Assembly: GCA_043779265.1 (NCBI GenBank)
Contig: JAYWEM010000140.1
Coordinates: 1 to 18,145, forward strand
DNA: 18,145 bases
Origin: a bacterium
GTDB taxonomy: Bacteria > Eisenbacteria > RBG-16-71-46
Direction: 5' to 3'
Each line of letters begins with the position of its first letter. The first letter of the stretch is position 1. This document shows, one piece after another, positions 9,059-17,163 of the stretch. The translations under genes were made by a program, and so were the position numbers. The notes beneath the pieces are model-generated. The model was not told the origin of the DNA. It was given only the letters and a program-made list of their open reading frames with translations, and did no database searches.

Positions 9059-9754
9059 GTGGCCGAGACCGTGCTGGTGATCGAAGACGAGAAGGAGATC
9101 CGCGACCTCCTTCGCTACAACCTCACGCGTGCCGGATTCCAGGTGGCCGAGGCGGGCGATGGCGAACAGGGGCTGCGGCAGGTGTTCGCCGAGCGGCCGG
9201 ATGCGCTCGTGCTGGACCTCATGCTGCCGGGACGCAGTGGGCTCGAGATCCTGCGCGAGGTGCGATCCGAGCCACTGACGCGCGATCTGCCGGTGATCGT
9301 GCTCACCGCGCGCGCGACCGAGATGGACCTGTTACTCGGCTTCGAACACGGCGCCGACGACTACCTGACCAAACCATTCAGCCCTCGCGAGTTGGTCGCT
9401 CGCCTCCAGGCCCTGCTCCGCCGTGCCGGGGCCGGCCGATCCGATGTCGCGGTCGTGCAGGGCTCGCTGAGCGTGGATCCCGGCTCGCGCGAGGCGTCGT
9501 TCGAGGGCCAAAGGCTCTCGCTCACGCCGCTCGAGTTCGACCTGTTGAGCTTCCTCGTCCGTCATCCGGGCCGCGTGCTGTCGAGAGAGGAGTTGCTGCG
9601 CAAGGTGTGGGGCTATGACTTCCTCGGCGAGACGCGCACGGTGGATGTGCATGTGCGCCGCTTGCGCATGAAGCTCGGCGAAACGCATCCGCTGATCGAG
9701 ACCGTGACCGGGGCAGGCTACAAGTTCGTTCCCCCCGTGGCAGCGCAGGGCTGA
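9059..9754 (+). CDS. phoB: PhoB/PhoP-type OmpR-family response regulator
   Basis: Receiver domain (IEDE, LDLMLPG, LTA, GADDYLTKPFS) plus winged helix (LTPLEFDLL, VLSREELL, VWG, TRTVDVHVRRLR, TVTGAGY). Upstream of a PhoR-like kinase and the pst genes. Confidence 0.9.
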   Translation: MAETVLVIEDEKEIRDLLRYNLTRAGFQVAEAGDGEQGLRQVFAERPDALVLDLMLPGRSGLEILREVRSEPLTRDLPVIVLTARATEMDLLLGFEHGADDYLTKPFSPRELVARLQALLRRAGAGRSDVAVVQGSLSVDPGSREASFEGQRLSLTPLEFDLLSFLVRHPGRVLSREELLRKVWGYDFLGETRTVDVHVRRLRMKLGETHPLIETVTGAGYKFVPPVAAQG

Positions 9755-9757
9755 AGC

Positions 9758-11188
9758 ATGGCTCTCTCGCTGCGTGCCCGACTGACGCTCTCGCACGGCA
9801 TCGTGGTCGTCGCCGTTGCCGCGGCGCTCACGCTGCTGGCGCTGCGGGCGGAGTGGCGCTGGTTGGCCCAGTGGCCCGACCCCGCCCAGCCGCGGCCGGC
9901 CCTCGCGCCCTATCTGCTGGACTCGCTGGTGGCCGCGCTGGGGGTGGTCGTCGCCGGACTGCTCGTCGTGCTCTCGCTCTCGGGTCGCCTCGCGCGGCGC
10001 GTTCAGGCACTCGAGCGCGTGGCGCGCGGCATCGGTCGAGAGGGGCTGTCGCCGCGCGCGGTCGAGGCGCCCGCTGACGAGCTCGGGCAACTCGGGCGCG
10101 CCCTGAACGAGATGGAGCGCGAGATGAGTGCGCGACTCGAAGCGCTGGAGCGCGAGCGCGACGGTCGCGAGCGGATCCTGGCGCACATGCACGACGGTGT
10201 CGCGCTCATCGATGGCGCGGGGCGCGTCGTGCACGTGAATCGCCGGCTCGCCCTGCTCCTCGACGCATCGAGGCCGGCCGAGCCCGGCATGCTGTTCCAG
10301 GAGTTCGCGCGCGTGCCCGATCTGGACGTGTTCCTCGAAGAGGCACGCCGCGACGGCCAGGCCGTGGAGCGCGAAGTGCGGCTGTGGTCGCCGCGGGCGC
10401 GGACGTTGCGCGTCACCGCCACGCCGCTCGGCGGCGGGCCCCCGGTCCCGGTGCTCCTCGTGCTGCATGACCTGACGGAGGCCGAGCTGCTGCAGCGACA
10501 GCGCCAGGACTTCGTCGCCAATGTCTCGCACGAACTGCGGACGCCACTGACCTCGCTGCGCGGTTATGCTGAGACGCTGCTCGAGGGCGGCCTCGAGGAT
10601 GCCGAGCATCGCGAGGGGTTCGTGCGCGTGATCCGCGATCAGGCGGCGCGGCTCCAGGCGCTCGTCGAGGACCTGCTGGTGCTGGCCGATCTCGAGCGAC
10701 CGGATGCGACGCCGCGGCGCGAGCGCTTCGACCTTCGCGATGCGGTCGAGCGCCAGGTCGCGGTGCTACAGGGGGCGGCGAAGTCGAGTGGCCTGTTGCT
10801 CGAACTGGCTCCCGGCGGTTCAGTCTGGCTGGATGGCGACCGCATGCAGCTCGAGCAAGCGGTCGCGAACCTGCTCGACAACGCGATCAAGTACACCGAG
10901 AAGGGGAGCGTGTCGGTGAGGCTCGGCACGAATGAGTCGAAGGCGTGGTTCGAGGTGAAGGACTCGGGCCCCGGGATCCCGGCCGAGGATCAGCCGCGCG
11001 TCTTCGAGCGTTTCTATCGCGTGGACAAGGCCCGCTCGCGCTCCAAGGGCGGTACCGGGCTCGGGCTCTCGATCGTGAAGCACGCGATTCAGCTGCACGG
11101 CGGCGATCTCTCGCTCGTCAGTGCCCCGGGCGCCGGCTCGACGTTCCGATTCCAGATCCCGCTGGAGTCCCCACCTGCGGCTCGCTGA
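9758..11188 (+). CDS. phoR: PhoR-type sensor histidine kinase (2 TM, HAMP, PAS, HisKA, HATPase)
   Basis: HAMP DELGQLGRALNEM, PAS MHDGVALID, H-box DFVANVSHELRTPLTS, N-box NLLDNAIKYT, G-boxes DSGPGI and FYRVDKARSR..GGTGLGLSIVKH. Confidence 0.9.
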   Translation: MALSLRARLTLSHGIVVVAVAAALTLLALRAEWRWLAQWPDPAQPRPALAPYLLDSLVAALGVVVAGLLVVLSLSGRLARRVQALERVARGIGREGLSPRAVEAPADELGQLGRALNEMEREMSARLEALERERDGRERILAHMHDGVALIDGAGRVVHVNRRLALLLDASRPAEPGMLFQEFARVPDLDVFLEEARRDGQAVEREVRLWSPRARTLRVTATPLGGGPPVPVLLVLHDLTEAELLQRQRQDFVANVSHELRTPLTSLRGYAETLLEGGLEDAEHREGFVRVIRDQAARLQALVEDLLVLADLERPDATPRRERFDLRDAVERQVAVLQGAAKSSGLLLELAPGGSVWLDGDRMQLEQAVANLLDNAIKYTEKGSVSVRLGTNESKAWFEVKDSGPGIPAEDQPRVFERFYRVDKARSRSKGGTGLGLSIVKHAIQLHGGDLSLVSAPGAGSTFRFQIPLESPPAAR

Positions 11189-11213
11189 CCTCCCGCGAGG
11201 GAATGGCCGGCGT

Positions 11214-11270
11214 TTGTCACAGGATGGAAACCTCCCGGCGATGCTCCGGTAACCTCGTGTGCGGCATCAT
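11214..11270 (+). promoter_or_regulatory. Pho box array and -10 element of the pstS promoter
   Basis: Cores GTCAC (11216), GAAAC (11227), GCGAT (11238) and GTAAC (11249) repeat at an exact 11-bp period, followed by the -10-like CATCAT (11265-11270). This matches PhoB direct-repeat geometry. Confidence 0.7.
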
Positions 11271-11292
11271 GGCCCAAGAACGGGAGGGATCC

Positions 11293-12138
11293 ATGACTCG
11301 AGGGAATCGAATCACGGTGGGGTTGCTCGGGATCACGCTGGCGCTCACGCTCGTGCAATGCGGCGGGTCGCGGCGCAGCGCGGTCACGCTGAAGGGCTCC
11401 GACACGATGGTGATCCTCGGCCAACGCTGGGCCGAGACCTACATGGCGTCGCACCCGGGTGAGGTCATCCAAGTCACCGGCGGCGGCTCGGGCACCGGTA
11501 TCGCTTCGCTCATCAACGGGACGACGCAGATCTGCCAATCGTCTCGTCCGATGAAGCCCGACGAGCGCCGCCTGCTCGCCGAGAAGTACGGACAGGAGCC
11601 GATCGAGATCGTCGTGGCACGCGACGGCGTCACGATCTACGTGCACGAGGACTGCGCGGTGCGCGAGTTGACGCTGGCACAGGTGCGAGCCGTGTACGAC
11701 GGTTCGGTGCGCAACTGGAGCGCGCTCGGCGGACCCGATGCGCCCATCATCCCGTACAGCCGCGAGAACAACTCGGGCACCTACGCCTACTTCAAAGAGC
11801 ATGTGCTCGATGGCGGCGACTTCGCAGCGGACGTGCAGACGCTTCCCGGCACGGCCGCTGTCGTGAATGCGATCACGCAGGATGTGCGGGGCATCGGCTA
11901 CGGCGGCGATGCCTACGCCAAGGGCGTCCGCATGGTCGCGCTCAAGGCGGACGCGGCCTCGGCGGGTTCGCTGCCGAGCGACTCCACGATCGCGAACGGC
12001 AGTTACCCGCTGACGCGGCCGCTCTACTTCTACCTGCGGGCCGCGGCCGAAGGCGAGGTCCAGGCCTTCATCGACTTCTGCCTCTCCGCCGAGGGCCAGC
12101 GCGTGGTGCGCGAGGTCGGCTACTTCCCGATCCGATGA
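11293..12138 (+). CDS. pstS: Phosphate ABC transporter substrate-binding protein, probable lipoprotein (281 aa)
   Basis: ATG at 11293 follows a GGGAGG SD. The signal peptide ends LTLVQ-C-GG (atypical lipobox). Motifs KGSDT, VTGGGSGTGI, SSRPMK, SRENNSGT, GIGY and GSYPLTRPLYFY. Confidence 0.93.
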   Translation: MTRGNRITVGLLGITLALTLVQCGGSRRSAVTLKGSDTMVILGQRWAETYMASHPGEVIQVTGGGSGTGIASLINGTTQICQSSRPMKPDERRLLAEKYGQEPIEIVVARDGVTIYVHEDCAVRELTLAQVRAVYDGSVRNWSALGGPDAPIIPYSRENNSGTYAYFKEHVLDGGDFAADVQTLPGTAAVVNAITQDVRGIGYGGDAYAKGVRMVALKADAASAGSLPSDSTIANGSYPLTRPLYFYLRAAAEGEVQAFIDFCLSAEGQRVVREVGYFPIR

Positions 12139-13406
12139 GCTCGGCGGGCATTCGGTTGCTGTCGCTTGCACTGATCGCCACACTCGCGAGCCTGGTCCCC
12201 GCGGGCGCGGCCGCCGGGGCCACGGATTCGACGGCGGCCTCGGAGCTCATCACAAGGAGCGAGGTTCGCGCGATGCTCGACTCGCTTGCCGAGCGGGTGC
12301 GCGACCGTCGAACGGATGCCGCGCCGCGACCGTCGTACGGGCTGTCCGGTTATGTGCAGGCGCGGTTCGAGTGGGGCGAGGCCAGCTCCGATACGGTTCG
12401 CGTCAGCGGTTCTCCGCCGACCGCGAGCGTGGCGAATGTCTCTCGGTTCTACGTGCGCCGTGGCCGGGTCAAGCTGACAGCGGACCCCTCACCGCGCACG
12501 CGCGTGGTGCTCTCGGTGGACGGCAGCCAGGATCGGATGGTTCGCCTCCTCGACGCCTATGTGACGATCAAGGAAGGGTGGACGGGTCGCCAGGCGCATC
12601 AGCTGACCGTCGGGCAGTTCGACGTGCCGTTCGGGTTCGAGATCGAACGCAGCTCCTCGCGCCGCGAACTCCCCGAGCGCTCGCGCGCCGAGAACGTCCT
12701 GTTCAGCGGCGAGCGGGATCGGGGAATCAAGCTGGAGGGTCAATGGACACCGAGGCTCCGCACGGTGGTCGCGCTCCTGAATGGCGGCGGGGTCCAGGAC
12801 CCGGACTTCCCCACGACGGATCCGACTCGCGCAAAGGATGTCCTCGGCCGTGCGCGCTGGTCGGTCGGCGGTCTGGATGTCGCCGCTTCGTACGCGATCG
12901 GCCGCGACGTGATCCCCCTGACGGGACCCGATGTGTGGACCGATCGCAAGCGTCTCGGCGCGGACGCGCAGGCGTCGTACTCGCTGCCCGGGCTCGGGAA
13001 GGGTCAGTGGATGTTGGAGTTCTACTCCGGAGTCGAGACGAACCCCGACTCGGTGCGCGGGCTGGTGGAGACGGTCGACATCTCGCCGGGGCAGCAGGCT
13101 CGCCGGCTGCGCGCAGGCGCCGATCCAACGCACCTCGCGACGCGCTTCCGAGGCGGCTATGCGATGTGCGTGCAGCGCCTGAGCGAACGCACCGAGGGCG
13201 TGGTTCGTCACGATCGGTATGACCCCGACCTCGCGGCCGGGCACGACCAGTTCTCGAGATGGAGCTTCGGTCTCAACCTCGTCTGCGACAGCCACACCCG
13301 CCTCACCATCGCCTATGATGCGGTCCGCACCGAGAAGCCGTCGGGGGGCTCGTTCCGGGATCCCGCCGACAACCTGTGGACCTTCCAGGTCCAGAGCCGG
13401 TTCTGA
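12135..13406 (+). CDS. Outer-membrane porin, probably OprO/OprP-like phosphate-selective
   Basis: Signal peptide and a helical N-terminal segment, then LSGYVQARF, FYVRRGRVKL, LLDAYV, VGQFDVPFGFE, ERS and RDRGIKLEG, ending in WTFQVQSRF. ATGA overlap with the pstS stop. Confidence 0.8.
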   Translation: MSSAGIRLLSLALIATLASLVPAGAAAGATDSTAASELITRSEVRAMLDSLAERVRDRRTDAAPRPSYGLSGYVQARFEWGEASSDTVRVSGSPPTASVANVSRFYVRRGRVKLTADPSPRTRVVLSVDGSQDRMVRLLDAYVTIKEGWTGRQAHQLTVGQFDVPFGFEIERSSSRRELPERSRAENVLFSGERDRGIKLEGQWTPRLRTVVALLNGGGVQDPDFPTTDPTRAKDVLGRARWSVGGLDVAASYAIGRDVIPLTGPDVWTDRKRLGADAQASYSLPGLGKGQWMLEFYSGVETNPDSVRGLVETVDISPGQQARRLRAGADPTHLATRFRGGYAMCVQRLSERTEGVVRHDRYDPDLAAGHDQFSRWSFGLNLVCDSHTRLTIAYDAVRTEKPSGGSFRDPADNLWTFQVQSRF

Positions 13407-13417
13407 AGGATGTGCGC

Positions 13418-14362
13418 ATGAGCTTCTCTCGCCCCGGAGTCGACCCACTGCGTCACCGGCGGATCCAGCGCATCCGAGAGGGTGCGCTCGAGTTGTTGCT
13501 GCGGACGTGCGCGTTCCTCGCCGTGGCCTCGCTCCTCCTCATCATCGTCTTCGTGTTCCGCGAGGCGGCGCCCGTGTTGTTCGATCGCGAGACGCAGCGC
13601 GAGGCGAGTGTCGCGGGGTTCTTCTCGACCCCGCTCTGGCAGCCGGTCGGCGACGTGCCCAAGTACGGCATCGTCCCGCTGCTCGTGGGCACGCTGAAGG
13701 TGGTGCTGGTCGCGATGTTGTTCGCCACGCCGCTCGGCGTGCTCGCGGCACTGTTCAGCGCCGAGTTCGCGACGCCCCGCATCCGCGAACTGCTCAAGCC
13801 GGTGATCGAGATCCTCGCCGGAATCCCATCGGTGGTGATGGGCTTCTTCGCGCTGATGGTGCTGGCCTCGTGGCTGCAGGGCCTCACGGGCTCGACCATC
13901 CGGCTCAACGCGGTCAACGCCGGGATCGCGCTGGGCCTCGGCGTCATCCCGACGATCTACACGGTGGCCGAGGACGCGCTGCGCGCGGTTCCACGCTCCT
14001 ATCGCGAAGCCGCGCTCGGGCTCGGGGCGACGCGCTGGCAGACGGCCTGGAATGTCGCGCTCCCGGCCGCCTCGGCCGGCGTCGGCGCGGCGTTCCTGCT
14101 CGGCCTGGCGCGCGCGGTGGGGGAGACCATGATCGTTCTGATGGCCTCGGGGAATGCGGCGATCATCTCGGGTGATCCGTTCGACTCCGTGCGCACGCTG
14201 TCCGCGAGCATCGCCGCCGAACTGGCGGAGGTCGTGGTGGGCAGTCCGCACTACGGCGTGCTGTTCTTCCTGGGCGCGGTGCTCTTCAGCATCACGTTCA
14301 TCATCAACGTGGCCGCCGGCGTGTTCGTGGAGCGGCTGCGTCGGCGGCTTGCGGGCGCATGA
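13418..14362 (+). CDS. pstC: Phosphate ABC transporter permease PstC (314 aa)
   Basis: Motifs YGIVPLLVGT, EILAGIPSVVMGFF, the EAA loop [30 protein letters not shown] and TLSASIA. Start ATG at 13418. Confidence 0.93.
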   Translation: MSFSRPGVDPLRHRRIQRIREGALELLLRTCAFLAVASLLLIIVFVFREAAPVLFDRETQREASVAGFFSTPLWQPVGDVPKYGIVPLLVGTLKVVLVAMLFATPLGVLAALFSAEFATPRIRELLKPVIEILAGIPSVVMGFFALMVLASWLQGLTGSTIRLNAVNAGIALGLGVIPTIYTVAEDALRAVPRSYREAALGLGATRWQTAWNVALPAASAGVGAAFLLGLARAVGETMIVLMASGNAAIISGDPFDSVRTLSASIAAELAEVVVGSPHYGVLFFLGAVLFSITFIINVAAGVFVERLRRRLAGA

Positions 14363-15303
14363 GCATCGACACGCTGCGCGGCGCCCGACCCCTGCCCCGG
14401 ACCCGGGGCTTCGACATGCAAGGCGTGTCGCTGACTGCCCTGAGCGGACTTGCGGCGGTGATCATCGCGGTGATGGTGGCGATCATCATCGGCAACATCA
14501 TCCTGAACGGCTGGCAGACGGTGACGTGGGACTTCCTCGTCGGCTCTCCGCGCAACGGCATGACCGAGGGCGGCATCTTCCCCGCGATCTACGGCACCGT
14601 GCTGCTGGTTCTGCTCATGATCCTCGCGCTGATCCCATTCGGGGTCGGTGCGGCGGTCTACCTGCACGAGTACGCCGACCCGTACGCCTGGACGACGCAG
14701 TCCGTCCGCTTCGCAGTGAACAACCTCGCTGGCGTGCCGAGCATCGTGTTCGGTCTCTTCGGGCTCGGATTCTTCATCCAGTTCGTGGGCAGCTCGATGG
14801 ATCGGGCGATGGGTCTGGATGTCGTGTGGGGTCAGCCCGCATTGATCTGGGCCGCGCTGACGCTGGCGATCCTCAACCTGCCGGTCGTCATCGTGACCAC
14901 CGAGGAAGCGCTCAAGACGGTTCCGCGTGAGATGCGCGAGGCGTCGCTGGCGCTCGGCGCGACGCGTTGGCAGACGGTGCGCCACGTTCTGCTGCCGCAG
15001 GCCCTACCGGGCATCCTCACGGGCGCCATCCTCGCCGTGTCGCGCGGCGCCGGGGAGGTCGCGCCGATTCTGTTCACCGGCGCCGCGTACTTCCTGCCCT
15101 ATCTGCCGAACATGCCGACCGATCAGTTCATGGAGCTCGGCTATCACGTCTTCGTCCTCGCGACGCAGTCGCCCGATGTCGAGGCGACACGCCCCATCCT
15201 CTATGGCACCGTGCTCGTGCTGTTGGTGCTGACCTTCCTGCTCAACTTGACGGCCATCGTGTTGCGGGCGCGACTGCGCGCCCGTCTGATGGGAAGGAGC
15301 TGA
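14359..15303 (+). CDS. pstA: Phosphate ABC transporter permease PstA
   Basis: Motifs [43 protein letters not shown] and [13 protein letters not shown] overlap with pstC. Confidence 0.93.
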   Translation: MSIDTLRGARPLPRTRGFDMQGVSLTALSGLAAVIIAVMVAIIIGNIILNGWQTVTWDFLVGSPRNGMTEGGIFPAIYGTVLLVLLMILALIPFGVGAAVYLHEYADPYAWTTQSVRFAVNNLAGVPSIVFGLFGLGFFIQFVGSSMDRAMGLDVVWGQPALIWAALTLAILNLPVVIVTTEEALKTVPREMREASLALGATRWQTVRHVLLPQALPGILTGAILAVSRGAGEVAPILFTGAAYFLPYLPNMPTDQFMELGYHVFVLATQSPDVEATRPILYGTVLVLLVLTFLLNLTAIVLRARLRARLMGRS

Positions 15304-15304
15304 C

Positions 15305-16153
15305 GTGGCTGCCGACATCCACGATGCGAGGCCCTCGCTGGTGTCGCGACCCGTCGTGTCGGCGCGCCCGAGCGAGCCGGGTGCCGAGGCCGCCCCGGTC
15401 GTGGTGCGCCTCGAGACCCGTGCCTTCCATCTCCACTACGGCGCGCATCACGCGCTGAAGGGCGTTTCGTTCCAGGTCCAGAGCAACCGGGTCACGGCCA
15501 TCATCGGGCCCTCCGGGTGCGGCAAGAGCACGCTGCTGCGATCGTTCAATCGCATGAATGACCTCATTCCGGGCGTGCGTGTTTCGGGTGAGGTCGACGT
15601 GTCCGGCCGCCCGGTCTATGCGGCTGGGACCGATGTCGTCGAGTTGCGCCGCCGCGTCGGCATGGTGTTCCAGCGCCCGAACCCGTTCCCCAAGTCGATC
15701 TTCGAGAACGCGGCGTTCGGGTTGCGCATGCTGGGCCTCAACGATCGCGGCGAGTTGGGTGCGCGCGTCGAGGACAGCCTGCGCCGCGCCGCGCTGTGGG
15801 AGGAGGTCAAGGACCGCCTCGACCGCTCGGCGATGCAGCTCTCGGGCGGGCAGCAGCAGCGACTGTGCATCGCCCGCTGCCTCGCGGTCGAGCCCGAGGT
15901 GATCCTGATGGACGAACCCGCCTCAGCGCTCGACCCGACGGCGACCGCGCGCATCGAGGAGCTGGTGCTCGAACTGAAGGGCCGTTACACGATCGTCGTC
16001 GTCACGCACAACATGCAGCAGGCCGCGCGCATCTCCGATCACACGGCATTCATGCTGCAGGGCGAGCTGATCGAGATGGATGACACGCGCAAGGTGTTCA
16101 CGAGCCCGAAGCAGGAACTGACCGAGGACTACATCACCGGCCGATTCGGCTGA
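15305..16153 (+). CDS. pstB: Phosphate ABC transporter ATP-binding protein PstB
   Basis: Walker [60 protein letters not shown] and the terminal YITGRFG. Confidence 0.97.
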   Translation: MAADIHDARPSLVSRPVVSARPSEPGAEAAPVVVRLETRAFHLHYGAHHALKGVSFQVQSNRVTAIIGPSGCGKSTLLRSFNRMNDLIPGVRVSGEVDVSGRPVYAAGTDVVELRRRVGMVFQRPNPFPKSIFENAAFGLRMLGLNDRGELGARVEDSLRRAALWEEVKDRLDRSAMQLSGGQQQRLCIARCLAVEPEVILMDEPASALDPTATARIEELVLELKGRYTIVVVTHNMQQAARISDHTAFMLQGELIEMDDTRKVFTSPKQELTEDYITGRFG

Positions 16154-16226
16154 TCGCCGGGCCCGAGCGGCCCTGCCACGCTGCCCCCGACGCGTCGCCC
16201 CTGCTCCCGAGGAGAACCTGTCGCCG

Positions 16227-16913
16227 ATGGAACGCCACTTCGAACATCAGATCGACGAGCTGAAGCAGCGGCTGCTGCTGATGAGCGGCCGCGCGGAGAG
16301 CATCATCCGCAAGTCCATCGAGGCGCTCGAGCGTCGTGATGCCGCGCTCGCCGAGGAGGTGTTCCGCGACGACAAGGTGATCGACCGGATGGAGATCGAC
16401 ATCGAGGAGCGGTGCATCGAGTTGCTGGCGCTGCAGCAGCCGCTGGCTGGCGACCTGCGCCTGGTCACCTCGGCGCTCAAGATCTCGAATGACCTGGAGC
16501 GGATCGGCGACCATGGCGTGAACATCGCGGGCTGCGCCAAGGATCTGATCGGCAAGCCGCTGCTGCCGCCGCTGGCCGACCTGCCGGCGCTCGCGGAGTC
16601 CGCGATCGGGATGTTGCGCGAGGCACTCGACTGCTTCGTGCGGCGCGACGCCGAGGCGGCCCGCCTGCTGGTGCGGCGCGATGACGAGGTGGACACGCTC
16701 AATCGCAAGCTGTTCGCTGAGCTGATGAGCCGCATGATCTCGGACCCGAGCCAGGTGGAGCGCTCGATGACGCTGGTGTTGGTGGGGCGGAATCTGGAGC
16801 GGGTCGGGGATCTGGCGACGAACATCGCGGAAGAGGTGGTGTTCATCGCGGAGGCGCGCATCATCAAGCATCACGCGGAGGATCCGGATCGGGACGAGGT
16901 TTCGGGGAGCTGA
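16227..16913 (+). CDS. phoU: Phosphate signalling regulator PhoU
   Basis: Two PhoU repeats (ALQQPLAGDLR...DLERIGDH and RRDDEVD...NLERVGDLATNIAEEV). A GAGGAG SD lies upstream. Confidence 0.95.
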   Translation: MERHFEHQIDELKQRLLLMSGRAESIIRKSIEALERRDAALAEEVFRDDKVIDRMEIDIEERCIELLALQQPLAGDLRLVTSALKISNDLERIGDHGVNIAGCAKDLIGKPLLPPLADLPALAESAIGMLREALDCFVRRDAEAARLLVRRDDEVDTLNRKLFAELMSRMISDPSQVERSMTLVLVGRNLERVGDLATNIAEEVVFIAEARIIKHHAEDPDRDEVSGS

Positions 16914-16930
16914 TGGCTCGCATGATCGCG

Positions 16931-17077
16931 GGGTCGCGGGAGGGTTGGCCCGCGCAAGCGGACGCTCGGCTCGGGCATCCCTGCCCTCGCCTCGCTAGGC
17001 GTTCGGCCCGCTCCGCCAGTCCCTGGCTCCCGCGGACCTCTCGACTCCGCTTGCGCGGGCCAACCCTCCCGCGACCC
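16931..17077. repeat. REPIN/MITE-like element: 32-bp perfect inverted repeats enclosing an 83-bp core with small hairpins
   Basis: 16931-16962 GGGTCGCGGGAGGGTTGGCCCGCGCAAGCGGA is the exact reverse complement of 17046-17077. Internal hairpins are GGGCA-TCCC-TGCCC (16973-16986) and GCCA-GTCCC-TGGC (17015-17027). Confidence 0.8.
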
Positions 17078-17140
17078 GGGCCCTGGCTCCCGCGGACCTC
17101 TCGACTCCGCTGCAACGGGCCAACCCTCCCGCGACCCGGG
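17021..17140. repeat. 60-bp tandem direct repeat (2 copies)
   Basis: 17021-17080 and 17081-17140 are identical except for TTGCG versus TGCAA at unit positions 31-35. Confidence 0.92.
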
Positions 17141-17163
17141 CCTGGTGCCCTTTGCTCTGGGGG

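Noticed and set aside
10945..11292. 116-aa N-terminal extension of PstS
   Set aside because: It overlaps the phoR 3' end and the Pho box. The signal peptide and SD place the start at 11293.
16154..16226. GC-rich pstB-phoU gap as a terminator
   Set aside because: Only weak imperfect pairing and no U-tract; phoU is probably co-transcribed.
17021..17140. Possible CRISPR array
   Set aside because: There are two directly adjacent 60-bp copies with no unique spacers, and no cas genes in the window.
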